Assembly: GCA_037441845.1 (NCBI GenBank)
Contig: JBBIRK010000002.1
Coordinates: 307,583 to 371,582, forward strand
From: Candidatus Zixiibacteriota bacterium
GTDB lineage: Bacteria > Zixibacteria > MSB-5A5 > UBA10806 > 4484-95
Direction: 5' to 3'
Length of the DNA stretch: 64,000 bases
Positions 18,876-28,310 of this stretch are shown here, one piece after another (the first letter of the stretch is position 1; each line of letters opens with the position of its first letter). The translations under genes were made by a program, and so were the position numbers. The notes beneath the pieces are model-generated. The model made no database searches and was not told where the DNA came from. It saw only the letters and a list, made by a program, of their open reading frames with translations.

Positions 18876-20549
18876 ATGGATTTGTCCAAGATTAAAGCTC
18901 CCCGAGGTAGAGCGATTACCTGTAAATCGTGGCAGACCGAGGGAGCGTTCAGGATGTTGTTGAACAATCTCGATGCGGAGGTGGGGGAGAATCCGCAGGA
19001 ACTGATCGTTTACGGCGGCAAGGGAAAAGCGGCGCGGGACGTTCGGTGTCTCAAGGGGATTTTGAAGTCGTTGGTGGAGCTCGAACCGGACGAGACCCTG
19101 GCGGTTCAATCGGGAAAGCCGGTGGGGATATTTCGCACGCATACCTGGGCTCCGCGGGTGATAATAGCCAACAGCAACATGGTGCCGGCCTGGGCGACGC
19201 CGGAAAAATTCAGGGAACTCGAGCGGCTGGGCTTGATAATGTTCGGGCAAATGACCGCGGGGTCGTGGATTTATATCGGCACGCAGGGGATTTTGCAGGG
19301 GACATACGAGACATTCGCGGCGGCCGGTAGAAAACATTTCGGCGGTGATTTGAGAGGCAGGTTCGTGTTGACCGGTGGAATGGGCGGGATGGGAGGCGCC
19401 CAGCCGTTGGCGGCCACGATGAACGGGGCGGCGATTCTCGTGGTCGAGGTGGACCCGGCGAGGATTAAAAGGCGGCTGGAAACCGGATACTGTGACTTGA
19501 TGGAAACCGATCTCGACAACGCCCTGACCAAAATAGAGGCTGCGGTCAGGCAGCGAAGACCGGTTTCGATAGGGCTGGCGGCGAATGCGGCCGATGTTTT
19601 TCCCGAGCTTTTGCGCAGAGGAATAATTCCTGATCTGGTCACGGATCAAACATCGGCGCACGACGAGCTGAACGGCTATGTGCCTTCGGGGCTGAGCCTG
19701 GAAGAGGCAAAGAGCTTGCGAACGACCGATCCGGACAAATACATAGCCAAAGCTTACGAATCGATGGTCAAGCATTGTCAGGCGATGGTTGAGATGCAAA
19801 AAAGAGGCGCCCATGTTTTCGATTACGGGAACAACCTTCGCGGGCAAGCCCAGAAAGCCGGCCTGAAGGAGGCTTTTGCTTATCCGGGTTTCGTGCCGGC
19901 TTACATAAGAGACCTGTTCTGCGAAGGCAAAGGGCCTTTTCGCTGGGCGGCGCTTTCGGGCGATCCTCGTGACATCGCCGCCACCGATAAGATGGTCTTG
20001 CGCTTGTTTCCGGAAAACGAATCACTGAACAGATGGATCAAACTGGCGAAGGAAAAAGTGCATTTCCAGGGGTTGCCGGCGCGGATATGCTGGCTCGGTT
20101 ACGGTGAGAGGGATAAGATGGGGCTGGAGATAAACGCGGCGGTTCGTAACGGCAAAATCGGGGCGCCGATCGTTATCGGTCGGGATCATCTCGACTGCGG
20201 ATCGGTGGCATCGCCGTACCGCGAAACCGAAGCGATGAAAGACGGCTCCGATTGTATCGCCGATTGGCCCATTTTGAATGCGCTTTTGAACACCGCCAGC
20301 GGGGCTTCATGGGTGAGTTTCCATCACGGAGGCGGAGTCGGAATCGGTCTGGCGCTTCATGCGGGGCAGGTTCTCGTATGCGACGGCGATCCGGAGATGG
20401 ACCCGAGAATCGAAAGAGTATTGACCAACGATCCGGGAATGGGAATCGCCCGGCATGTCGATGCCGGTTATGAGGAAGCCATAAGGGTCGCCGACCAGCG
20501 GGGGGTCAAGATTCCGATGAGACTTTATAAAAATGCCATCGACCAGTAA
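18876..20549 (+). CDS. hutU: urocanate hydratase
   Basis: [53 protein letters not shown]. Confidence 0.98.
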   Translation: MDLSKIKAPRGRAITCKSWQTEGAFRMLLNNLDAEVGENPQELIVYGGKGKAARDVRCLKGILKSLVELEPDETLAVQSGKPVGIFRTHTWAPRVIIANSNMVPAWATPEKFRELERLGLIMFGQMTAGSWIYIGTQGILQGTYETFAAAGRKHFGGDLRGRFVLTGGMGGMGGAQPLAATMNGAAILVVEVDPARIKRRLETGYCDLMETDLDNALTKIEAAVRQRRPVSIGLAANAADVFPELLRRGIIPDLVTDQTSAHDELNGYVPSGLSLEEAKSLRTTDPDKYIAKAYESMVKHCQAMVEMQKRGAHVFDYGNNLRGQAQKAGLKEAFAYPGFVPAYIRDLFCEGKGPFRWAALSGDPRDIAATDKMVLRLFPENESLNRWIKLAKEKVHFQGLPARICWLGYGERDKMGLEINAAVRNGKIGAPIVIGRDHLDCGSVASPYRETEAMKDGSDCIADWPILNALLNTASGASWVSFHHGGGVGIGLALHAGQVLVCDGDPEMDPRIERVLTNDPGMGIARHVDAGYEEAIRVADQRGVKIPMRLYKNAIDQ

Positions 20550-20670
20550 GGCGTATTCGGGATAAAGCATTCGGTGGCGAGACGGAAGACCGCATGATAG
20601 CAATTATCACGCGCTAGAATGAGAAACATTCGAATATTCAGGCGATTATCGAAGATAGGAAATCAGCTGG

Positions 20671-21138
20671 TTACTTACCGAGTAAAGTCCGGGTGTAATT
20701 GAGCAGTCCGCCGGATTGGATTATTTTGCCGATCGGCTCCGGGATTGATTCGAAGCGGATAGCTCCTCCTCGACGCTGGATTTCATTTTTAACGAAATCG
20801 AGTTCGATCTCTTCGTGGTTTTTTAATCCGGCCGAGGCGATGTCACATTCCACCGGCGTTATCCCCACGGAGACGAGGATTCTATAAAACAGCGGAGGAA
20901 TCCGTGAGGCGACGAGGGCAAACACATTGTTTTCTTTAAGGGCTGCGGCCATTGCCTCTCCCCTGTCCAGGTACAGGGCGAATGGCAAAAAGTCGTGATA
21001 GTCGTCGATAACCAAGGCAATCGGAGGTTGCGGCCCACTTCTTTCCCTGATAATTGATTGGAAGAGATCTTGGGGCTCGCCGGCAAGCGAGAAATCTTTG
21101 TCCGCGAAAAGAACGGACGCTTTCAAATTCCGAATCAA
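20671..21138 (-). CDS. degenerate LeuD-like aconitase swivel-domain protein
   Basis: ASRIPPLFYR..V..GI.PVEC, E..IELDF, IIQSGGLLNY resemble LeuD; the NFGxGSSRE catalytic motif is absent. Confidence 0.7.
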   Translation of the reverse strand: MIRNLKASVLFADKDFSLAGEPQDLFQSIIRERSGPQPPIALVIDDYHDFLPFALYLDRGEAMAAALKENNVFALVASRIPPLFYRILVSVGITPVECDIASAGLKNHEEIELDFVKNEIQRRGGAIRFESIPEPIGKIIQSGGLLNYTRTLLGK

Positions 21139-22721
21139 AGCAAGTATTTCCTCGGGTCGGTGACGGCGCCATCGACCGCCGAGGCTGCGGCGGTGGCGGC
21201 CGAAGTAACGTATATTTCATTTACGCTGTCGCCGCAGAAGGAGGTCGCGACCACCCGTTCGGCGTCACCGGTCGGCCACTCGCTACGACTGCAGCCGGGA
21301 CTGGATACCACGCAGCCCGATTCGATAAATGACCGGATAAATCCCTTTTCGACCGCCTCGAGATAGGTTTTTCGAGATCCCGGAACGATTATGACCTGAA
21401 CGTCCCGGCTGATATGTCTTCCCCGCAAAATCGCGGCGGCCAGAGCAAAATCATCGAGGGAACCACCGTGGCAGCCGCCGATGATTACGGTATCTATTTT
21501 TCGCCCGGCGAATTCCTCGGCTGCTTTGATTTTGGGTTTCGAACTTTCCCTCCCCTTTTCCCGACTCGCCACCAAGGGCGTCAAATAGCCTATATTGATT
21601 TCCATTTCGTCGGCGTATCGCGCATCCGGGTCGGCATTCAATGGGGTTAATTTTTGCCGGTAATACTTGCGCAGGTTTTTCCAGGAGATTTCGTCTAAAT
21701 GCACACTGACAGCCGCCGCGGCCGGTTTGAAAACGGGACCGGCCAGTGTCAATCTGGAGAATAAGGACAAGGTCGAGACGACATCTCCGAATATTTCGAT
21801 CGCTTTTCCGGCGACGACATGATGGAACAGATCATGTTCGAGTTTTAGGGCGATATCGGCGGCGGAAAGGCCACGCGGGATTTTGCCGGTGAGCACGACT
21901 TTGACGGTCGGTGGGATTTTATACCAAATTCTTCCAATGGCCCATATGGAGGCCAATTCGAGAGCGGCGGCCGGCAAACCCACAGCTCCGATTCCGCCGC
22001 AGGAGGATACATAGGCGTTCGAGCCGAATACCAGGTCGCCCGGTTTGGCCAGCCCCTGTTCGCAGACAATTTGGTGAGGGACCCCCGAGCCGCAATCGAA
22101 AAAATTTCCGATGCCCTGTTTGCGAGCCCAATCGCGCAGTGATTTGGGCGTGACATGATCATCGACGGCAATGGGGGAAATTCGCTGATCGAGGACGGCT
22201 ACGATTTTATTGTTATCCCAGATTCTGGCCGCGCCGATTTTCTTGAAATGGCCGAGCACGGTCGTGATTTCGGCGCCGCAGGTAACCAGATCGGGCGTTA
22301 ATTCGACGGTATCCCCCTCTTCGACGGATTTCAGACCGGCTTTGCGGGCGATAATTTTTTGGATGAGGGTTTCTTTGCGGGAATTGCGTGATCGCCGCGG
22401 GATATCCAACAGCGGCAATTCAAGTTGCCTGAATTTCAATTGTTGGGGTTTGGATTTGATGTTGTATTTGATGCGCCATTGCCGGAACGCCGGGCCGGTG
22501 ATTTCCAGTTCGGCGCCTGCCAAGCGGTCGTTGCCGTATCGTTCCCAGAGGTCGAGGATGGTTTCCCGGGAATATTTCGGCTGGCTGAAGGCGGGAATTC
22601 CTTTTTTGCTGCGCCAGTAGGCGACCAGCCTACCGGGGACGCCGAAGAACTCGCCGATTTTCCTGTCAGTGCGGTATTTTTTTTGAAGCTCTAAAAGCTC
22701 GTGCTTTTTGGGTATTTTCAC
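21135..22721 (-). CDS. tandem-HTH domain fused to degenerate LeuC-like aconitase large subunit
   Basis: N-terminal ~92 aa has two HTH-like repeats; remainder follows LeuC (TLIQKII, GVPHQIV, IW.K.P, IGGCHGG, PGS..Y, SAATAAASAV.G..TDPR). Confidence 0.8.
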   Translation of the reverse strand: MKIPKKHELLELQKKYRTDRKIGEFFGVPGRLVAYWRSKKGIPAFSQPKYSRETILDLWERYGNDRLAGAELEITGPAFRQWRIKYNIKSKPQQLKFRQLELPLLDIPRRSRNSRKETLIQKIIARKAGLKSVEEGDTVELTPDLVTCGAEITTVLGHFKKIGAARIWDNNKIVAVLDQRISPIAVDDHVTPKSLRDWARKQGIGNFFDCGSGVPHQIVCEQGLAKPGDLVFGSNAYVSSCGGIGAVGLPAAALELASIWAIGRIWYKIPPTVKVVLTGKIPRGLSAADIALKLEHDLFHHVVAGKAIEIFGDVVSTLSLFSRLTLAGPVFKPAAAAVSVHLDEISWKNLRKYYRQKLTPLNADPDARYADEMEINIGYLTPLVASREKGRESSKPKIKAAEEFAGRKIDTVIIGGCHGGSLDDFALAAAILRGRHISRDVQVIIVPGSRKTYLEAVEKGFIRSFIESGCVVSSPGCSRSEWPTGDAERVVATSFCGDSVNEIYVTSAATAAASAVDGAVTDPRKYLL

Positions 22722-23209
22722 TTTTTCAAAATTTTGACAAAGTGTTTTTTCAATGAATCGTAAATTTCCTCAAGCGCGAACGATTGAACTTTCGTTTTGC
22801 CGATTACGGGCATGAAATTGGTGTCTCCAAGGAAACGCGGAACGACATGAATGTGAAGATGCTCCTTTATGCTCGAACCGGCGACCTCGCCGATATTGAT
22901 GCCGATATTGAGGCCATCGGCGGGCATGGCGGCGAAAAGCAATTTATTTGCCAGGATCATCAATTCGAACATTTCGGCCTGTTCTTCTTTGGTCAGGCTT
23001 TCGAGCTTGGCTTTATGCGCATTCGGAGCGATCATAAGATGGCCGCTGTTATAAGGGTATTTATTGAGGATGATGAACGAATGTCGTCCCCGGTAAAGAA
23101 TGAGATTTTTGCGATCATCTTTTTGCCTGAGCCTGCTGCAGAAGATGCATTTTTTTTCGGGTTTGCCCTTGATATATACAGCGCGCCACGGCGCCCAAAG
23201 CTCGGCCAT
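22718..23209 (-). CDS. HIT-family nucleotide hydrolase (Ap4A phosphorylase/FHIT-like)
   Basis: LWAPWR..YI, CIFC, LNKYPYNSGHLM, HLHIHVVPR..GDTNFM. Confidence 0.92.
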   Translation of the reverse strand: MAELWAPWRAVYIKGKPEKKCIFCSRLRQKDDRKNLILYRGRHSFIILNKYPYNSGHLMIAPNAHKAKLESLTKEEQAEMFELMILANKLLFAAMPADGLNIGINIGEVAGSSIKEHLHIHVVPRFLGDTNFMPVIGKTKVQSFALEEIYDSLKKHFVKILKK

Positions 23210-23215
23210 GCGATA

Positions 23216-23243
23216 AGAATAACGACCGGATTCGCAAAATCAA
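23216..23243 (-). promoter_or_regulatory. promoter for HIT-HTH/LeuC-LeuD unit (TTGATT-N16-TATTCT), 6 nt before ATG
   Basis: Read on minus strand; no SD sequence upstream of the HIT start. Confidence 0.5.
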
Positions 23244-23363
23244 GAAAATAATTTCAGCGGATACAATCCGCATTTTTGGAATTTTCGTTGAAATCGAGCG
23301 CCTAAGAGAGGTTTTGAAGGACCGGGGTATTTCGGATCAGCGATCGGGGGAATGTGATAGTGT

Positions 23364-25466
23364 TCAGGCGCCGAGCTCGACGAGATGGTCGGCGTAGCTG
23401 TCGAGCCGGTTGCCGGAGGTAAGAAGCAATATCTGCCTTCCCGTCGAGAGCTGTTTCAGGATTTTCATGGTTTTGTCGAGACGCTGGGGATCGAGACATT
23501 CGAACGGCTCATCGAGGATAAGCGGAGCTTTGGCCTGATTGGCCATGATTTCGGTGAGCGCCAGCCTGGCGGTCAAATAGACTTGATCGGCGGTGGCGCG
23601 GGAAAGTTCGCTTTCAGGATCGACGTAATCGTTTTTTTGTTTGGAGAAGACCTTGAATTTAAGCGACGCCCTGTCGAAACGAACACTGTCGTAGCGGCCG
23701 TCGGTCATCGCCGCCAGCAATTCGGATGTGCGGTTTTCCAATAATTCGAGGGTCGAAATCATGATGTTTTGGCGGGCGATTTCAACGCATTCCTTGGTGA
23801 GTCCCAAGATGGCGAGTTCCTCGACATATTTCATTTTGCGCAGGGTCAATTCTTCTTTGCGTTCGAGATAGCTTGCCAGAAGCTCCGCGCCGCCTTCGGC
23901 GGTTTCGAGTTTGCGACGTAAGACGGCGATTTCGTTCTCGAGAGCCGATTTTTGTTCGGAGGTTTGGTCGACCACATGCTTAAGTCGGTTGATTTCAGCC
24001 TGATCGAATTGCTTCCCTTGGGAGATTTTTATCGCCTCTTTGATCTCGCCCTCTCTGAGTCGCAATTGGCGGCATCTGTTTTCGAGCGTTTCCAGATCGG
24101 ATTCGCCGAGCGCCGATTTTTGCAGTTCTTTTTCGTGACGCAATTGATTTTCGAGCTCATCCCGTTTCCAGGCGATCTGGCGGATTTGTTCGGCGCTGTT
24201 TATGTGATATTTGGACAGCAAAGCCTTCAGCTCGGCGGTTTGGTCATCGTATTCCTTTTTGCTTTCAGCCAGCCGATTCGATTTTTGTGTCAACTGGCCT
24301 TGTAGAAAAGACCTCAGCTGGAAGAATCTCGAAAATGAAAAGACGGTTATCATGAGAAAGGCAACGGCGGCTCCGCCGAAATAAAGGTGGCGGCCGGTAA
24401 AATGGAGCAGATAATCGGCCACGGCGAAACCCGATGCGCCGAGTGCGCAGATCGCCCAGAGCAATAGCGGGCCGATTTTTCGATTTCGTTGAAGCTCATG
24501 TTCGGCCTGGACCGCCTCTTTTTCCAGTTCTCTCAGTTTCGGCCGTAGATATTTGAGATTGGATTCGATTTCTTCGATGCGTTCGCGGTCTTCCGGGGAG
24601 ACTCTGGTCAGTTCGGACAATTGTTTTTCGATTTCGGAGATTTTGCCGGTGACGGATTTGGCCATTTCGAGTTTGTTGGATATTTCGTCGAGCTCGCGTC
24701 CCACCTCGACCAGTTCGCTCAGTGATTTTTCCTGCTCGGTCATCTGATCGAGCGTCTGCTTTTTGTTGGTGTAGTCCTCGATTATATTGGCATAGGCCGT
24801 TTCCACCTGAGCCAGCGAGTTGCGATAGGTTTTCAGATTGGCGATGTCGCGCTTGAGGTTTTCGATATTGTAATCGATTTCGCTCTGGCTTTTTTCGAGG
24901 CGTTTCAGAAATCCCGAATCCGCGCCGGTGATGTTCTCTATGCGATCGTCTATTTTTACCTGAACGGAAGAGGCCGCCAGATCCTGTTGGCCGCCGGTCA
25001 CCAGTGATTCCAGCTTATCGCGGATCGCCTCGAGTGAATCGTCTATGCGGGCTATTTCCCCTTGTTTTACGCAAGCGGTAGCCCGGAACAGTTCGGCCGA
25101 TGGGAAGCCCACGGCGCCGGAAATCATTTCGAAAATTTTATGCGAATCGTCGATGGTCAAGTTGAGGCCGTCGCTTTTGAGGACGGAAGCGCCGGTGCCC
25201 AGGTTTTTTTCTACGATGGCGGAAAATCCGGCGGTCGATAATTCGGCTTTCAGCAAAGGCACATCGGAACCGGACCAGTTTTTCAGAGCCGCCGACTCGT
25301 TATCGATTGCTCCGGGTTTGCCATAGAGCAAAGTGGAGATAGCGGCGACGATCGTGCTCTTGCCGGCCTCATTGGGCCCTTTTATGACATTGATTCCATC
25401 GCCCAGATCGCAGTGGAATCGTTTGAACCGTCCGAAATTCTCGATTGTAAGTTCGTTTATTTTCAT
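23364..25466 (-). CDS. Rad50/SbcC-like (YhaN-type) coiled-coil ABC ATPase with central transmembrane hairpin
   Basis: GPNEAGKST Walker A, LSRATADQVYL..RLAL signature, PLILDEPF Walker B; long coiled coils interrupted by two hydrophobic helices. Confidence 0.88.
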   Translation of the reverse strand: MKINELTIENFGRFKRFHCDLGDGINVIKGPNEAGKSTIVAAISTLLYGKPGAIDNESAALKNWSGSDVPLLKAELSTAGFSAIVEKNLGTGASVLKSDGLNLTIDDSHKIFEMISGAVGFPSAELFRATACVKQGEIARIDDSLEAIRDKLESLVTGGQQDLAASSVQVKIDDRIENITGADSGFLKRLEKSQSEIDYNIENLKRDIANLKTYRNSLAQVETAYANIIEDYTNKKQTLDQMTEQEKSLSELVEVGRELDEISNKLEMAKSVTGKISEIEKQLSELTRVSPEDRERIEEIESNLKYLRPKLRELEKEAVQAEHELQRNRKIGPLLLWAICALGASGFAVADYLLHFTGRHLYFGGAAVAFLMITVFSFSRFFQLRSFLQGQLTQKSNRLAESKKEYDDQTAELKALLSKYHINSAEQIRQIAWKRDELENQLRHEKELQKSALGESDLETLENRCRQLRLREGEIKEAIKISQGKQFDQAEINRLKHVVDQTSEQKSALENEIAVLRRKLETAEGGAELLASYLERKEELTLRKMKYVEELAILGLTKECVEIARQNIMISTLELLENRTSELLAAMTDGRYDSVRFDRASLKFKVFSKQKNDYVDPESELSRATADQVYLTARLALTEIMANQAKAPLILDEPFECLDPQRLDKTMKILKQLSTGRQILLLTSGNRLDSYADHLVELGA

Positions 25467-25467
25467 G

Positions 25468-26571
25468 TCACCAGATTTTTTGCCCGGCCAAAAGCGAGTA
25501 GCCGATTTTAATTGACTTTTCGAGACGCATTTTTTCCTGCGCGTTGGCTTGTTTGAGCCTGGCGGTCATGAAACGGAGATATTGACCAAGCAGGGTTTTT
25601 TCGGCAACTTTCACTTCACTGACGTTATCCGGGAAGACGATCATATCGTCGATGATATCGAGGTAAAGAAAATCGTTTTCGAGGAGGCGATAGACGGTCT
25701 CCGGTTCGAGTTCAGCCTCGAACAGCGCCAGACCTTTAAGTTTCAGACGAAGCAAGACGTCGGAACCGGCTTGAGCTTTGAGTTTGGCATATAGGTCGTT
25801 GTTATTGGTAATATCCTTGGCGTCATAAACGAGATTTTTCCACTCGAGGCGGCCGATCGGAACCTGATTTTGGCGGATTGACCTCGGGGCGACTATTTCG
25901 GTCACCACGATGAATCCGGCGCGGTCATCCTCGAAAGAGATCCGCTCGGGCGAACCGCAATGGGCGATGCGGATGTCCGGCAGAGCGTAATCGTGGAAAG
26001 AGGTCTTCCCGCCCAGGGCGATATAATCGAAGCGGCCGAGCAAAGCCCTGAACTGTTCGGTGAGCTCGTTCAAGAAATCGGCTTTGGGCAAGCAACCGAG
26101 CAGTAGATTGAATCCGGTATCCGGCAACGGGCTGACGCTTCGCACCAATTCAAGAAAATCGTGTTCGGTCGTAAGCGGCGCGCCATAGACCATGCAATTT
26201 TTTTCGGGCAGTGCAATGGAAGGTCGCTTTTTATCGAGCAAAATATGGATATTACCTGGCGGCTGCGGCCCCGAGAAAGTCCGCCAAAAGGCGTTATCAT
26301 TGGCGCCGTCGCGTATGCCCGGAAGTATGACGACCGGCATCGGCGCCAGCGATGCCAATCCGCCGGCGGCGAATCTTTGCAAATTATTGGAGACATCCAC
26401 GGTGTCGAACAGGTTGCCGGCTATCAAGAGCAGATCGGCTTTCTCGTGGCGGGCATATTCGATAATGTTGCAAAAGGCGTTTTTCAAGGCGGCCCTTATT
26501 TTGTCGCCGGCCAATTTCAGCCCGACAAAAGAGGCCCCCAGCCGGATATCGGAAGTGTGAACGATCTTCAT
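25468..26571 (-). CDS. Mre11/SbcD (YhaO-type) metallophosphoesterase homolog with degenerate active site
   Basis: MKIVHTSDIRLG, AGNLFD, LPGIRD, DYIALGG, GSPE..SF.D; adjacent to Rad50-like ATPase. Confidence 0.8.
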   Translation of the reverse strand: MKIVHTSDIRLGASFVGLKLAGDKIRAALKNAFCNIIEYARHEKADLLLIAGNLFDTVDVSNNLQRFAAGGLASLAPMPVVILPGIRDGANDNAFWRTFSGPQPPGNIHILLDKKRPSIALPEKNCMVYGAPLTTEHDFLELVRSVSPLPDTGFNLLLGCLPKADFLNELTEQFRALLGRFDYIALGGKTSFHDYALPDIRIAHCGSPERISFEDDRAGFIVVTEIVAPRSIRQNQVPIGRLEWKNLVYDAKDITNNNDLYAKLKAQAGSDVLLRLKLKGLALFEAELEPETVYRLLENDFLYLDIIDDMIVFPDNVSEVKVAEKTLLGQYLRFMTARLKQANAQEKMRLEKSIKIGYSLLAGQKIW

Positions 26572-26611
26572 AGGAAACGCTCGCACTTATGTTATCGGCA
26601 GAAGCGGCGGC

Positions 26612-28300
26612 TTATTTATTGCGGGCGGTCAGTTTTTTGGCGACCAGAGGGGGAGGAATGGTCCCCTCCGCAAGCAAAGCATCATGGAAACGGCCGAGAG
26701 AAAAGGCGGATCCGAGGATCTTTTTCTGATTTTCAAGCATCGCCAGAATTTGGAGTTTGCCCGTCAGATAGCTGGAGGCGACAGTGGGATTGGCGCAATA
26801 CCTGCGGATTTCGGCGACGAAATAGTCATTATTTTCGCCCAGCAGGTTATTCATCAGAGCCAAAGCCGAATCAGTCGAGAGACTGCCGTCGTGCAGGCCG
26901 CAATCGACGATTATTCGGACGGCGCGGAATCTTATGCCTCCCCATACGCCAAGCCAGCGGCGTTCGAGATCATCGGTCCCGAACAACCCCTGCTCGGTGG
27001 CCATCTGCTCGCAATAAAGCGCCCACCCCTCGGAAAACATGGTGCTGTGGGTAATCCGTCGAATCAACGAGGGATGCTTTCTGGCGATATCGAGCTGCAA
27101 GTGATGACCCGGAAAGGCTTCGTGGACGACCGAACCTCGGAAAGTCCGATTGACGATCATGGAGTAATATCGTTGTTTTTGCAAAGAATCGAGTTGAGGT
27201 ATCGGCCTGACATAGAATCTGCCGGTGGGGTCGCTGGAAAATACGGGCGCCGGCTCGTAGGCGATGCCGCGATGGGTCGCCTGCATAAAGGCGGGCATTT
27301 GAACCGGCAGACAGGGACCTATATCCGGCGGAATGGTTACGATTCGGTTTTCTCGAAGAAATTCGGCGGTTCGATCGATTTCCCATTGATAATAACGCAT
27401 GATGTCATCGACATCGAACGTATCCGGGCGGGTCAGGGTGACAGCCGGCGCAGGAGGTAATCTATCGACGATGAGGCGCAGAGAATCCATGGTTCGGTTG
27501 CTGAGATCATACCAATACCAACCGATTTTTTTCAGGGAATCGCTGTCGATATCGAGCAGGTGGATTTGTCTGAGCATGTAGTTGAAATTGTTTTTGCCGA
27601 CGGCGAAAGTCCCCGGCGCATCATTGAGTTCGATCTTGCAGGTAAGGGAGTAATTTTTGATATTGACTTTCGCCAGGCCGCAAATTTGCGCGATCCGAAT
27701 TGAGCTGTCGGGAAGGATTTTCCCGAGGTAGTTTTCGATTTCCAGCAACAACGGTTCGGAATTCTCTGCGGTTTCGATGGCGGTTTCGTAGAATATCTGC
27801 GCCTGATTGAACTGGATTCCCCAGGATAAATTGAGGAAATCGGGGATTTTCCGCAACCGTGAAAGCAGAGCATAGGCGCGCTGGGAATCGGGAATCGCCT
27901 GATCCAGCATCAGGTAATAGAGAGAATTGAGGGCATCATCGATATAGAGGGCGGGCGAGATTTCGTGCAGGGGGAAACGGACGAGCCAGAAATTATCCGC
28001 GGCGAGGGCGGATTTGAAGACGAGGTAATCGATATATTGGTCGAGCGAGAGTTTCAATGTGTCGATTTTTCTGAGCCGGCTTTCTATGACCGAGAGCTGA
28101 TTGCGATAGTCGTAAACGGCCTGAATCGAGTAATCGGGCAACAGGCTGTCGTAATCGTGGATACCGAGGCTGGTTGACCAAACGGGATTGAAGCGACTCT
28201 TGGCGGCAAGATAATCGGCGGCGAGCTGGTTCAGGTCATCGGCCCAAGCGGATGCCGCGGTGATAAAAACGACGGCTGCGAAAACCAAAATTTTATTCAT
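26612..28300 (-). CDS. DUF885 family exported protein (putative metallopeptidase)
   Basis: Signal peptide; HEAFPGHHLQ, EGWALYCE, RAVRIIVD.GLH, FHDALL..G. Confidence 0.88.
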   Translation of the reverse strand: MNKILVFAAVVFITAASAWADDLNQLAADYLAAKSRFNPVWSTSLGIHDYDSLLPDYSIQAVYDYRNQLSVIESRLRKIDTLKLSLDQYIDYLVFKSALAADNFWLVRFPLHEISPALYIDDALNSLYYLMLDQAIPDSQRAYALLSRLRKIPDFLNLSWGIQFNQAQIFYETAIETAENSEPLLLEIENYLGKILPDSSIRIAQICGLAKVNIKNYSLTCKIELNDAPGTFAVGKNNFNYMLRQIHLLDIDSDSLKKIGWYWYDLSNRTMDSLRLIVDRLPPAPAVTLTRPDTFDVDDIMRYYQWEIDRTAEFLRENRIVTIPPDIGPCLPVQMPAFMQATHRGIAYEPAPVFSSDPTGRFYVRPIPQLDSLQKQRYYSMIVNRTFRGSVVHEAFPGHHLQLDIARKHPSLIRRITHSTMFSEGWALYCEQMATEQGLFGTDDLERRWLGVWGGIRFRAVRIIVDCGLHDGSLSTDSALALMNNLLGENNDYFVAEIRRYCANPTVASSYLTGKLQILAMLENQKKILGSAFSLGRFHDALLAEGTIPPPLVAKKLTARNK

Positions 28301-28310
28301 GGCGATCTTC

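Noticed and set aside
20671..22721. Calling the pair ordinary leuCD or a pseudogene
   Set aside because: Catalytic motifs are absent, yet frames are intact, coupled and carry an extra domain
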